64,000 nucleotides of DNA from Eubacteriales bacterium (GTDB lineage Bacteria; Bacillota; Clostridia; Oscillospirales; QAKW01), in assembly GCA_045546815.1 (NCBI GenBank), contig JAZQDN010000054.1, positions 14,801-78,800 of the forward strand, read 5' to 3'. Numbering within the stretch: the first letter of the stretch is position 1; every line of letters starts with the position of its first letter. The notes beneath the pieces are model-generated. The model made no database searches. It saw only the letters and a program-made list of their open reading frames with translations, and had not been told where the DNA came from. Shown here one piece after another: positions 36,109 to 45,345 of this stretch. Made by a program: the position numbers and the translations under genes.

Positions 36109-36997
36109 ACAAAATATTTTTAACACAGATAAAGATGCTTACCGCAAAGAATATCCATATATAAACAGAGCCCAAGGGGTCGCCGTATGCAAGCCGTTTG
36201 ACGTTTGTCTTGAGGCGGCGTTTGTCACCAAGCTCGTCAATTATCTTTTCTGTAAGCCGCAGTGTCAGGTACAGCACCAAAAACAGAGTGCATACGAGAA
36301 TTACAACAAAAATAATATCGTCTAAAAGATAACCGATATAATCGCTGTTTGACGAAATAAACAGCGCAAGCGCATTGTTTATTATGTGGCAGATGATTGA
36401 CGGCCACACACTTTTGAACAGATGCGTCAGCACAGCATAAAATACGCCCGCTACAAAAAGCGACGGTATCGTCACCACGTTGCCGTGGAAAAGCGCAAAG
36501 ATTATCGAGGTCATAATGACCGATATCGACACGCCGTAGTGTCCGTACTCTGTGAGCGCGACACCGCGCAGTAACAGCTCCTCGCACACAGCGGGCATAA
36601 ACACCGCGGCGATAACCATAACGTAGGTTTTGTCACTCGCGAAGTTTACAGTCGAGGTGGTGAGCGCAATATCGAAAAAGTTTGAAAATATTGCCGCAGA
36701 CCCCATATTTATAAGCGCGCAGATAACCGATGTCGACAGACCGAACAGCAAAATAAACGGAAGATAGCGCAGCTTTATATGGTGCAGTGACAGCAGATTT
36801 TTCGCCTTGACGTGCGACAGCTTTGTGTAGACGATTATCGGGATAATAAAAATCACAATATAAATTACGATTTTTTCGATATTTGTAAGGTTTTTAAGAA
36901 AAAATCCCGTGCAGATATCAAGCGCCGACAAAAGCGTCAGTACCGCAAGCAGTAAAATGGATATTCTGTTTGAAATATAACGTTTTTTCTCAGACAT
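36107..36997 (-). CDS. CPBP (CAAX) family intramembrane glutamic protease
   Basis: 296 aa polytopic. Motifs CEELLLRG (EExxxR), FALFHG (FxxxH) and CHIINN. Confidence 0.8.
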   Translation of the reverse strand: MSEKKRYISNRISILLLAVLTLLSALDICTGFFLKNLTNIEKIVIYIVIFIIPIIVYTKLSHVKAKNLLSLHHIKLRYLPFILLFGLSTSVICALINMGSAAIFSNFFDIALTTSTVNFASDKTYVMVIAAVFMPAVCEELLLRGVALTEYGHYGVSISVIMTSIIFALFHGNVVTIPSLFVAGVFYAVLTHLFKSVWPSIICHIINNALALFISSNSDYIGYLLDDIIFVVILVCTLFLVLYLTLRLTEKIIDELGDKRRLKTNVKRLAYGDPLGSVYIWIFFAVSIFICVKNIL

Positions 36998-37544
36998 CTA
37001 AAACAATACTCTTTTTAAGATTATTTGCGACAGTCTCACCAAAAAGCTGACCTACCAGCACAAGCGCAAAGGACATCGCGGTCCCCGCGCTCTTTGAGGT
37101 TATGTAGTTGCCGTCAACGCAAACCGCGCCGTTATGCAGGCGCTTTGCGCACAGCTCGTCCTCCATTGACGGATAGCAGGTGGCGCGCTTGTCCTTTAAA
37201 AAGCCGTTTGCACCGAGCACTGCCGCGGGCGCACCGCAGATTGCCGCAATAAGCTTGTCGTTTTTATCGCAAAAATCAATGGTGTCAATGACCTTTTTGC
37301 AGTTTGCGAGGTTTACAAAGCCGGGGCTTCCGCCGGGCAGAATTATCATGTCCGCATCGGTAAAATCGGTGCTGTCAATCACCGCGTCTGCGGTAATTTC
37401 AATATTGTGTGCACCGACAACCTTTTTGGTGTCGTTGATTGATACGCTCACCACGTCAGCACCTGCTCTGCGGAGCATATCGATAGGCGTTATTGCCTCT
37501 ACTTCTTCAAATCCGTCTGCTAAAAATAAATATACCTTTTTCAT
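36990..37544 (-). CDS. DJ-1/PfpI family protein
   Basis: 184 aa. Nucleophile-elbow Cys in LIAAICGAPAAV. DJ-1/ThiJ layout. Confidence 0.8.
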   Translation of the reverse strand: MKKVYLFLADGFEEVEAITPIDMLRRAGADVVSVSINDTKKVVGAHNIEITADAVIDSTDFTDADMIILPGGSPGFVNLANCKKVIDTIDFCDKNDKLIAAICGAPAAVLGANGFLKDKRATCYPSMEDELCAKRLHNGAVCVDGNYITSKSAGTAMSFALVLVGQLFGETVANNLKKSIVLDV

Positions 37545-38386
37545 TTAACCTGTGCCTTAAATTTCCTTCCTGTTTGTGTGGGGTAATAGCTGAGCTTTGC
37601 GCGTCTGACGCCTTCGTCGCCCGCGTCGTCCTCTCTGTTGATGTATTTGAAATCCTGACAAAACGTGCGCGCAAACTCGCGGTTTATCATCTGATACGCA
37701 CCGCGCACGTTTATATCCGCCTTTTCGACGTGCACGCAGAACGTGTCATGGTTTATCGGCTCGCCGTAGCTGTATGCAACGAGCTCGTTGTTTTTATAAA
37801 GCATAAGCCCCAAAAGCCCGAGCGCTTCAAAGTTGTTAATTGCAACCTCTGCCGCGCACAGCTCGTGCTTTAAATAATCGCCTGATTTTTCACAGCGGTT
37901 TTCGCACCATTTTCTGTTAAAATCAATCAAAATATCGCGGTGCGCACCCGTTATTTTTTCGGTGTGCCACTCACCGTCGGAAAGAAACGCGTTTATATGA
38001 TTTCGCTTTGCGGCAAGCTTTTTGCCCGACAGAGTTATCAGCTTTTCCGACTCATATATATAGTCAAAAAATTTGGTGTGTTCGGTTATTTCACAGCCTT
38101 CAAAGTCTTTTATATTATCTTCTGAAAGACTGCAAAGGGTGAACTCGCCGTACTCTTTTTTCAGCGCTTCGATCGCGCCCGCAACGTCTTTTCCTACTGG
38201 CAGGTCAAATCGGCGCTTTTCGGGGTTGCCCCATATAAAAGTGTCGTCTAGCCAGCAGATTTTTGCATAGTTCCAGCAAAACATCGTGCCGAATGCGTTT
38301 TCGCAAAACCGCCTGTCCGAGCCTTTTAAAAGCTCGCGGACCTTTTTTGCATCATCAAGTGTTATTTTTCTAAAATTTATCTCCAT
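37541..38386 (-). CDS. DUF2156-like (lysyl-PG-synthase C-terminal / GNAT-like) domain protein
   Basis: 281 aa. N-terminal ...FCENAFGTMFCWNY... resembles DUF2156 family openings. Function not established. Confidence 0.45.
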   Translation of the reverse strand: MEINFRKITLDDAKKVRELLKGSDRRFCENAFGTMFCWNYAKICWLDDTFIWGNPEKRRFDLPVGKDVAGAIEALKKEYGEFTLCSLSEDNIKDFEGCEITEHTKFFDYIYESEKLITLSGKKLAAKRNHINAFLSDGEWHTEKITGAHRDILIDFNRKWCENRCEKSGDYLKHELCAAEVAINNFEALGLLGLMLYKNNELVAYSYGEPINHDTFCVHVEKADINVRGAYQMINREFARTFCQDFKYINREDDAGDEGVRRAKLSYYPTQTGRKFKAQVK

Positions 38387-39041
38387 AAATTCCTTTTAAT
38401 ACGTCTGTTATCTTTTCAAGGTTGTTTTCGCGGCTGTCCATCTGTCCGTCCTTTGCAAGCGCAATCTTGTGCCAGCCGAGCTTTTGCGCGGCATACAGCG
38501 CCGCCTCGCGACAGTGGTTCAGATATTCGACGTCCTTTTCGTGAATATCCTTTTTACTATTATCTCCATTATACCTGCCTTCCATCAGCTTTTGCGAAAT
38601 TTCGGGCGGTACGTCAAGATAGATTACCGCATCGGGTTTTGGCAGCCCCAGCTTTTCAAACTCAAACTCGTACAGCCACAAAAGGTACTCGTCGCGCGCG
38701 TCCCCCTCAAGCTTTGATGCCTGATGCACCGCGTTTGAGGTGGTGTAGCGGTCGGCGATTATCCAGTCGCCGTTTTTATAGCTTTGCTCCCAGTCCTTTT
38801 TATAGCTTGCAAAACGGTCGACCGCGTAAAAAGCAGACGCGGCATATGCGTTCACGTCGGACGGCTTTGTGCCGAACTGTCCCGCAAGGTACATCTTTAC
38901 AAGCGCCGATGAGTCGCTCTCGTAGTCGGGAAAAGTTATTTTTTTAACGGTCTTGCCGTTGTTTTCAAGATATTCCTTGAGCAGTGCGGCGTTTGTCGCC
39001 TTGCCGCTGCCGTCAAGTCCTTCAATTACAATAAGCGGCAT
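38370..39041 (-). CDS. tmk: Thymidylate (dTMP) kinase
   Basis: 223 aa. P-loop IVIEGLDGSGKAT and the ADRY motif. Confidence 0.8.
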   Translation of the reverse strand: MPLIVIEGLDGSGKATNAALLKEYLENNGKTVKKITFPDYESDSSALVKMYLAGQFGTKPSDVNAYAASAFYAVDRFASYKKDWEQSYKNGDWIIADRYTTSNAVHQASKLEGDARDEYLLWLYEFEFEKLGLPKPDAVIYLDVPPEISQKLMEGRYNGDNSKKDIHEKDVEYLNHCREAALYAAQKLGWHKIALAKDGQMDSRENNLEKITDVLKGIYGDKF

Positions 39042-39787
39042 TATTTTTCACCCTTGAATTTAATTCTCATTTCCTTTGCCTTACCGCAGGTCATAGCGCC
39101 CTCGGAGCAGGCACCGCGCACGCAGGCAGGACCCGCGTTTTCAAAAACGCAGGGTGCGACCTCTTTAACGAGTGCAAGCATCTGACAGGCAAGCTCGCGG
39201 ATTTCCCACTGCGCACGTGAGCAGCAGCGGAGCTTGAAGAAATTGAGCAGTGAGCGCGCGTTCATTGTGACGATCATCTTTGTTGTGCAGGCGTTGGGAA
39301 GCACAAAGCGTGCGTCCTCGATCGCCTTTTTCTCGGCGGCGCGCTTGTCCATGCCCTCGTCAATGTAGCGGGTTTTTAAAATATCGGCGAGCTCGTTGTA
39401 CGATTTTGCAATCGAGTCCATCGTTTCAAGATACTTGTTAAGTGCAGTCTCATCCTTTGCGATCTCGGGCGGAAGGATAAACTCAAAGTCGTTTTCCTTA
39501 ACGTAGCGCTGGCTCTGTACCGAAAAAGACGCCATACGGTGACGTGTGATCTGTGCAAGCAGTGCGCGCGATACGTTTTCAATGCCGAAGGTAAAGGTCA
39601 TATGCTCCATCGGGCTTTCGTGACCGAGTGATGACAGCATCTCAATAAAGTCGTCTGTCTTTTCGGGGGTGAGCCCTTCCATAACGCTGTCGATGTCTGC
39701 GCGTGCATAGCACAGCTTTGCCGCCGCCGCCATTATTTTTTGCGGGTCGGGGGTGTGTGTTAAAAGTCTTACCTTAAGCTCTGGCAT
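39041..39787 (-). CDS. thyX: FAD-dependent thymidylate synthase ThyX
   Basis: 248 aa. ThyX signature RHRMASFSVQSQRY. Confidence 0.9.
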   Translation of the reverse strand: MPELKVRLLTHTPDPQKIMAAAAKLCYARADIDSVMEGLTPEKTDDFIEMLSSLGHESPMEHMTFTFGIENVSRALLAQITRHRMASFSVQSQRYVKENDFEFILPPEIAKDETALNKYLETMDSIAKSYNELADILKTRYIDEGMDKRAAEKKAIEDARFVLPNACTTKMIVTMNARSLLNFFKLRCCSRAQWEIRELACQMLALVKEVAPCVFENAGPACVRGACSEGAMTCGKAKEMRIKFKGEK

Positions 39788-40517
39788 TTTTCTTTCTCCT
39801 TTTCGCGTCTTTTTTTGCTATCATCAAAACTTTCGGAATTTTCATCATTCTGCCGAGGCGCCACGGCTCTTTAATGAGTCGGTACAGCCACTCACAGCCA
39901 AGCTTTATAAATATCTTCGGTGCGCGGTTTACAGTGCCTGCGTACACGTCCATACTGCCGCCAAGCCCCAGCATTACGCCGACCTTCAGCTCGTCTTTGT
40001 GCTCATACATCCATTTTTCCTGACGCGGTGCACCGAGGCACACCCACAGTATTTTTGCGCCGCTGTCGTTAATTTGTCTGATGATGCCTGGCTCGTCCTC
40101 CGGCTTGAAATATCCGTCGCGAGTACCTGAAATTATAAGTCCCGGCACCTTTTCTTTAAGATTTTTTGCCGCCATATCGGCAACACCCGGCTTTGCGCCG
40201 AAAAGAAATACGCCTGCGCCCTTTTTTGCCGCTTCAAACAAAAGATTGTAGCCAAGCTCGCAGCCGGGCACCTTTTCCTTCAGCGGTGTGCCGTACGATT
40301 TTGCGGCATAGACCACGCCGATGCCGTCGGGGGCTACAAACGATGCCGAGTTGATTATTTTTTTAATTTCTTCGTCCTCGTGACAGACATACAGAATTTC
40401 GGCGTTCGGTGTCACCACCATATGCGCGTCGGTAGTGTCAATGTAGGCAGACAGCTGTGCCACCGCCTCGTCCATTGTCGCGTTGTCTACGTTTACTCCT
40501 AAAATGTCGTATTTCAT
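39774..40517 (-). CDS. WecB/TagA/CpsF-family glycosyltransferase
   Basis: 247 aa. GAPRQEKWM block and family-typical length. Confidence 0.75.
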   Translation of the reverse strand: MKYDILGVNVDNATMDEAVAQLSAYIDTTDAHMVVTPNAEILYVCHEDEEIKKIINSASFVAPDGIGVVYAAKSYGTPLKEKVPGCELGYNLLFEAAKKGAGVFLFGAKPGVADMAAKNLKEKVPGLIISGTRDGYFKPEDEPGIIRQINDSGAKILWVCLGAPRQEKWMYEHKDELKVGVMLGLGGSMDVYAGTVNRAPKIFIKLGCEWLYRLIKEPWRLGRMMKIPKVLMIAKKDAKRRKKNARA

Positions 40518-41089
40518 TGTATACCTCCCGATAATTCATCAAGTGTCATACTGTAGCAGGGCAAAATGTTATCTATAAAGTATTTTACGCTTTTAAACTC
40601 GCTTTTTTCAAGTACGGCACGTATCGTCGCCTCTGCACTTTCAAAGTCGCCGTTGCCGACCTCGCGCTCCTCGATACATTTAATGAGTGCCGAAAGCTTG
40701 TCCGCCGCTTTTATTATCGGCATTTCTGTCATATATTCGCGATAGATCGGCTTGAGCGAATCGTCAAGACCCGTAACGAGTGTTTCCTGTGCCGCCTTTT
40801 CAATGTCGCCGTAGGCGGTGTGCAGTGCCTTGTTATTGTGCTTGACGGGAGTGGGCAGGTCGCCCGTTATTATCTCGGCGCAGTCGTGAAACAGCGCGTG
40901 CACCGCAACGGCGTTGGGGTCGTAGCTGCCGCCGAACATCTCGTTTTCGATGTTGGCGAGCGCGTTTGCGATAACTGCCGTTTCAAAGCTGTGCTCTGAC
41001 AGGTTTTCAAACCGCGAGTTGTGCATAAGCCCCCAGCGGTTGATGTATTTCATACGCGATATAAGCGCAAAAAATGAGTTTTTGTTCAT
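40514..41089 (-). CDS. HD-domain 5'-deoxynucleotidase (YfbR-like)
   Basis: 191 aa. RWGLMHNSRFENLSEHSFETAVIA and LFHDCAEIITGDLPTPVK parallel YfbR. Confidence 0.75.
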   Translation of the reverse strand: MNKNSFFALISRMKYINRWGLMHNSRFENLSEHSFETAVIANALANIENEMFGGSYDPNAVAVHALFHDCAEIITGDLPTPVKHNNKALHTAYGDIEKAAQETLVTGLDDSLKPIYREYMTEMPIIKAADKLSALIKCIEEREVGNGDFESAEATIRAVLEKSEFKSVKYFIDNILPCYSMTLDELSGGIQ

Positions 41090-41397
41090 TTGTTTTCAAT
41101 TCCTTTGGTATAATAGGCAACGTAGCACTCGCCGCCGTATACAATGTTTATGCCCGACAGATTCATAAGCTCGTATGCCTTTATTTCGCCAAGCGGCGCA
41201 CGCAGGATCACCGTGTTGTCGCAGTGGATAACAAGCTCGTTTTCGATAACGTTTATAATTCCGTCCTTTGCCAGCACCGTTTCGTTGTTTGATGCTCTGT
41301 CGCGGCGGGTAATATACTGTATCGTTCTGCCGTGACGCGCGGACACAAGCTGCGCCGACTCGGACAGCTTTGGCTTTTTGTTAAACTTGAACAGCAT
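41086..41397 (-). CDS. Hypothetical small protein
   Basis: 103 aa ORF, overlap-coupled to both neighbours. No motif recognised. Confidence 0.5.
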   Translation of the reverse strand: MLFKFNKKPKLSESAQLVSARHGRTIQYITRRDRASNNETVLAKDGIINVIENELVIHCDNTVILRAPLGEIKAYELMNLSGINIVYGGECYVAYYTKGIENK

Positions 41398-42238
41398 ATT
41401 GTTTTTCCGTCTCCTTTATGGTATCATTTAGGTGCGTCGTGATTGCATAGTAAAATAAATATTGCTGTGCAATGCCGCCGTAACCGTAAAAATTCAGCGA
41501 TTTTTCGTCGCTCACACCGTAAAAGTGGTTGAGAATGCGCTTTATCCATACGTCTTTGGGAAACGCGTCGACAAAGCCGAAGCCAAACAGCAGTGAGCAG
41601 TCGGCAACCTTACCGCCGACACCGTTTATTGACTGAAGCGCGCTTGACGCGTCGGTATAGCTCATTGTCTTTATTTTTTCAAGGTCGACCTGACCCGATG
41701 CCACTTTTTTGGCGCAGTCGATAATATATTTATCGCGAAAGCCCGCGCGGATGACCGCAAGGTCGTCAGTCGTGCACCCTGCGAGCACCTCGGGTGTGGG
41801 AAACGCGTTGTCTTTACCGAAGCTTTCGCAAAGCGATGCGATTATCTTTTTAATTCGCGGGATGTTGTTTGATGCCGAGATAATAAATGACACTACTGTT
41901 TCAAACGGCTGTTGATTTAAAATGCGTATGCCGCGCGAGTAGGGGATAATGTCCTTTAAAACGGGGTCGCGTGACAGAATTTCGTTTATTTTGTCATAGT
42001 CACGCGAAAGGTCGAAATAATCAAAAAAGGTTTCTTCAAACTCTTTTTTATTAACACCAAACAGCTCAACACCGTCGGGCCTTTGATAGAGAGTGAGCGT
42101 CTTGCCGTAGGCGATACCCGAGTATCCGCCGTCGTCAGTTTTGTCAAAGCGGAAGCACTGCCCGCACTCAAACGTTTTTTGAATATCAAAGCAGTCGGTC
42201 TTTATAAATATAGAACTTTTATTATAAATAATATCCAT
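41381..42238 (-). CDS. ogg: HhH-GPD DNA glycosylase (8-oxoguanine / AlkA-like)
   Basis: 285 aa. Helix-hairpin-helix LQSINGVGGKVADCSLLFGFG followed by a conserved Asp. Confidence 0.7.
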   Translation of the reverse strand: MDIIYNKSSIFIKTDCFDIQKTFECGQCFRFDKTDDGGYSGIAYGKTLTLYQRPDGVELFGVNKKEFEETFFDYFDLSRDYDKINEILSRDPVLKDIIPYSRGIRILNQQPFETVVSFIISASNNIPRIKKIIASLCESFGKDNAFPTPEVLAGCTTDDLAVIRAGFRDKYIIDCAKKVASGQVDLEKIKTMSYTDASSALQSINGVGGKVADCSLLFGFGFVDAFPKDVWIKRILNHFYGVSDEKSLNFYGYGGIAQQYLFYYAITTHLNDTIKETEKQYAVQV

Positions 42239-42267
42239 AAAATTAATTATATCATTGAGAGGTTCAA

Positions 42268-42954
42268 ATGTCTACAGAAAAAATTTACACAATAAGAATT
42301 TCAGAGGCAATGGAAAAAAAGTGCGGTTGTCCGCTCTGCACCGTTGAGCGTCAGCTCGAGGAGGACGAGGTTGAAAGAATACTCGGTGCGGCTATGATGG
42401 AGCCCAACGTCCGCGTGCAGACAAACGCGCAGGGCTTTTGCGGCAAGCACCTTGACGCGATGCTTGCAAAATCGAACAAGCTGTCGCTTGCGCTTATGCT
42501 TCAGACGCATATGGAGGAACTCAACAAAAAGGTGTTTTCCGACTGTGTACCGCTTATGCAAAAAACGCCCGACCCCAAAAAGCAGGTGGCGGCGCTCACA
42601 AAAAAAGCGCAGTCTTGCTATCTTTGTAACAGAACGCGCGAGTTTATGAACGCGACCTACGGCGCGTTTGTGCATATGTATAAAACAATGGACGATTTTG
42701 ACGCGCGTCTTCGTGAGCAGCCCAACATCTGCCTGCGCCACACACGTCTTGTGTTTGATGCGGCGACAAAAGCTCTTTCAAAGGATGTGCTCAAAAAGTT
42801 CGCCGCCGCAGTAAACGACATTAATATGAAATATGCAAATGAGCTTGTCGGCGACGTTGAGTGGTTTTGCAAAAAGTTTGACTATCGCTACAAGGATGCC
42901 GACTGGAAAAACTCAAAGGACGCTGTTGAACGCGCTGTCCAATTTTTGAAGTAA
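42268..42954 (+). CDS. Cysteine-rich hypothetical protein
   Basis: 228 aa. CGCPLC...FCGKH and CYLCN...ICLRH cysteine/histidine clusters suggest metal binding. Confidence 0.5.
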   Translation: MSTEKIYTIRISEAMEKKCGCPLCTVERQLEEDEVERILGAAMMEPNVRVQTNAQGFCGKHLDAMLAKSNKLSLALMLQTHMEELNKKVFSDCVPLMQKTPDPKKQVAALTKKAQSCYLCNRTREFMNATYGAFVHMYKTMDDFDARLREQPNICLRHTRLVFDAATKALSKDVLKKFAAAVNDINMKYANELVGDVEWFCKKFDYRYKDADWKNSKDAVERAVQFLK

Positions 42955-43614
42955 TCATTCTCTCGGGGGTGTTGTCGGTGATTGGCTTCTTTGCCCCGTG
43001 TCTTGTCTGAAGCAGATATACCAATCAAGGCAGTAGCCGCCAAGTGCCTGCTTGTCGCTCATATTCGACAGCGCCGAATTCAGCGAGCGGGGCGGGTGGT
43101 CGAGAATATCCTCACCCGGTGTCCAGCCCGACGGTGTCTGCCCGAACTGATGGCGTGCCGTTTGCAGTGCGAGCAGCTCGCGCTCAAGCTCTGTCACGTT
43201 AATGCCCGTTGTCGAGGTGTGCAGATGCTTTGCACGCAGGACGCCCTCGGGGTCAATAATAAATGTGCCGCTCTGGTTTTGCTCACTCATACCAAAGCGT
43301 CGGCTTATGTCGCCGAAACGGTCGGCGATAAGCTCTATTTTTATCGGTGTGCCCGTTTTACTGTGGTTGCGCAGTGACAGTATCCACGCAAGGTGTGACG
43401 GCACCGAGTCTGCCGACATCGCGACGATCTGTGCGTTATGTGCGGAAAATTTAGGTATAGCCTTGTCAAGAGCTTTTATATCGGTGGCAGAGGTGGGTAA
43501 AAAATCACCTTCGTATATATAAAGTATCGTCCACAGTCCGTTGTTTTGCGGGAACTCTATCTGTCCGCCCGTCGACAGTGCAACAAACTCTGGAACGTTC
43601 TGACCTGTCTGCAT
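42955..43614 (-). CDS. Peroxiredoxin-like (Prx6/1-Cys architecture) protein lacking the peroxidatic cysteine
   Basis: ATG 43614 (RBS AAGGAG) preferred over GTG 43632. Collinear with 1-Cys Prx, including the C-terminal CLDWYICF block. The active-site stretch reads YEGDFLPTSATD instead of HPADFTPVCTTE. Confidence 0.7.
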   Translation of the reverse strand: MQTGQNVPEFVALSTGGQIEFPQNNGLWTILYIYEGDFLPTSATDIKALDKAIPKFSAHNAQIVAMSADSVPSHLAWILSLRNHSKTGTPIKIELIADRFGDISRRFGMSEQNQSGTFIIDPEGVLRAKHLHTSTTGINVTELERELLALQTARHQFGQTPSGWTPGEDILDHPPRSLNSALSNMSDKQALGGYCLDWYICFRQDTGQRSQSPTTPPRE

Positions 43615-43655
43615 TATTTCAACTCCTTTCACTCTATCTTATGCGGAGTAGTATT

Positions 43656-44765
43656 ATGATGAAAAAAATCTTTCAATTTAAGCGAATGTACATACTGCTG
43701 CTCATTCCGCTCACGCTGCTTCTGGTGGCTTTTGCGCGCCTTGACAGCGGATGGATCGAGCGCTTTTTTGTGCCGTTTATTTACAGACCGCTGTCATTTT
43801 TGATTGGTGGCTTTGTGTCGCTGTTTCCTTTTTCTGTAACAGAAATTGCGGTGGTAATACTGATTTTGCTGTCCGTACGGTATATTGTTCGGGTTATTAT
43901 ACAAACAGTAAAACAAAAAGGCGCGTGGAAGCACCATCTGTACAAAATGCTTATAAACATTTTGTGCTTAGTGTCAATTGCGCTTTTCGGGTTTGAGCTG
44001 TGTATGGGGCTAAACTATTACAGATACGAAGCAAAGGATTATTTGGATCTTGAGATACGCAACAGCTCGGTTGACGAGCTGTACGGGCTCTGTGAGATGC
44101 TTGCAAACGACTTGAACGAAAGCCGTGCAAAGTGTAAAACCGACCAAAACGGGATTGTAAAATTATCTGACAAAAACAGATACGAAACGTCAGATGCCGC
44201 CCGCGATGCTTATAAGGCGATGGCAAAGGATTTTCCGATGCTTGATGGCACCAACATAAAAAACAAGCCGCTTTTGAGCTCCGAGTTTTTTTCAATGTGT
44301 CTTACAACGGGAATTTATATCCCCTACACCTTTGAGTCGAATATAAACGTTGCGGTGCCCGAGTACACGATACCCGCCACAATGTGTCACGAGCTGACAC
44401 ACTCACGCGGGTTTATGCGCGAGGACGAGGCGAACTTTTTCGGCTACCTCGCCTGCACCTATTCAGAACGCGCCGACTTTAACTACAGCGGTGCATACCT
44501 TGCCTTTGACTATGCTTTTTCGGAGCTGTACGACGAGGACACAGAGCTTGCAAAAAAGATTGCAAAGAAGCTTGATCCCGGTGTAATTGACGACATAAAC
44601 TACGAGTCGGATTATTGGGATAAATATTTCGGCACACCTGTTGCCGAGACGACCGACAAGGTGTATAACACTTATCTTGAAATGAACGGCGAAGAGTCAG
44701 GTACAAAATCTTACGGCGAAATGGTAGATCTTCTTCTTGCATACTATAGAAAAAAGGCTGATTGA
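43656..44765 (+). CDS. DUF3810-like membrane-associated putative zinc metallopeptidase
   Basis: ATG 43656 (GGAG RBS). N-terminal TM helices. HELTH (HExxH) followed by REDEANF. Confidence 0.55.
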   Translation: MMKKIFQFKRMYILLLIPLTLLLVAFARLDSGWIERFFVPFIYRPLSFLIGGFVSLFPFSVTEIAVVILILLSVRYIVRVIIQTVKQKGAWKHHLYKMLINILCLVSIALFGFELCMGLNYYRYEAKDYLDLEIRNSSVDELYGLCEMLANDLNESRAKCKTDQNGIVKLSDKNRYETSDAARDAYKAMAKDFPMLDGTNIKNKPLLSSEFFSMCLTTGIYIPYTFESNINVAVPEYTIPATMCHELTHSRGFMREDEANFFGYLACTYSERADFNYSGAYLAFDYAFSELYDEDTELAKKIAKKLDPGVIDDINYESDYWDKYFGTPVAETTDKVYNTYLEMNGEESGTKSYGEMVDLLLAYYRKKAD

Positions 44766-44782
44766 TTATCAATCAGCCTTTT
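44751..44782. terminator. Bidirectional intrinsic terminator
   Basis: ggctgattga (44756..44765), 3-nt loop, tcaatcagcc (44769..44778), flanked by A5 and T4. Confidence 0.8.
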
Positions 44783-44795
44783 AATGTAATGTACT

Positions 44796-45095
44796 TTATA
44801 AAATTTCTTCAATTTTTGATTTCGGAACGTAGCCGACAACCTGATTTACCGCCTTGCCGTCTTTTACAAGCACAAGTGTCGGGATGCTGACAATACCAAA
44901 GGCGGCGGCGAGGTCGCCTGCGTCGTCAACGTTTACCTTTACCACCTTGATTTCGGGATGGTCGTTTGCAACCTCCTCAACAATGGGTGCTATCATTTTA
45001 CACGGTCCGCACCACGTTGCCCAGAAATCAATGAGGACGGGCTTATCTGATTTTAATACTTCATTTTCAAAGTTATCTGCAGTTATGTTAAGCAT
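44796..45095 (-). CDS. trxA: Thioredoxin
   Basis: 99 aa. WATWCGPCK active site. Confidence 0.9.
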   Translation of the reverse strand: MLNITADNFENEVLKSDKPVLIDFWATWCGPCKMIAPIVEEVANDHPEIKVVKVNVDDAGDLAAAFGIVSIPTLVLVKDGKAVNQVVGYVPKSKIEEIL

Positions 45096-45134
45096 AAATT
45101 ATCTCCTTTCGGTCCCTATAGTGTGGGTTAAAAA

Positions 45135-45335
45135 TCAGTCTTTAGATTTATAATAGAGCATACAGTGGCAGTAGCCTTCAAAATCGGGGTCGGCTATCTG
45201 CTCGCGGAACTCTTTACAAATGCACTTAAATTCTTCGGTCTTCGGTATGCGGCAGGGGCAGTAGCCGCCCTTTGCCTTGAGACCCTCTTTTATTTTTGCA
45301 ACAGTTTCCTTGTCGGGATTGAGTTTTACAGCCAT
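45135..45335 (-). CDS. Small ferredoxin-thioredoxin-reductase catalytic-subunit-like protein
   Basis: 66 aa with CPCR...CIC...CHC cysteine spacing, reminiscent of the FTR catalytic chain. Directly upstream of trxA. Confidence 0.55.
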   Translation of the reverse strand: MAVKLNPDKETVAKIKEGLKAKGGYCPCRIPKTEEFKCICKEFREQIADPDFEGYCHCMLYYKSKD

Positions 45336-45345
45336 AATATTTTTC

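Noticed and set aside
38453-38947. 164-aa plus-strand ORF antisense to tmk. Similar Arg/Pro/Ser-rich antisense ORFs occur in clpC (30832..31398), the serpins (32442..33014, 33155..33472) and the SDR gene (16674..17018).
   Set aside because: The composition (runs of R, P, S, A) is what the opposite strand of GC-richer coding DNA yields. Each overlaps a gene with strong family motifs.
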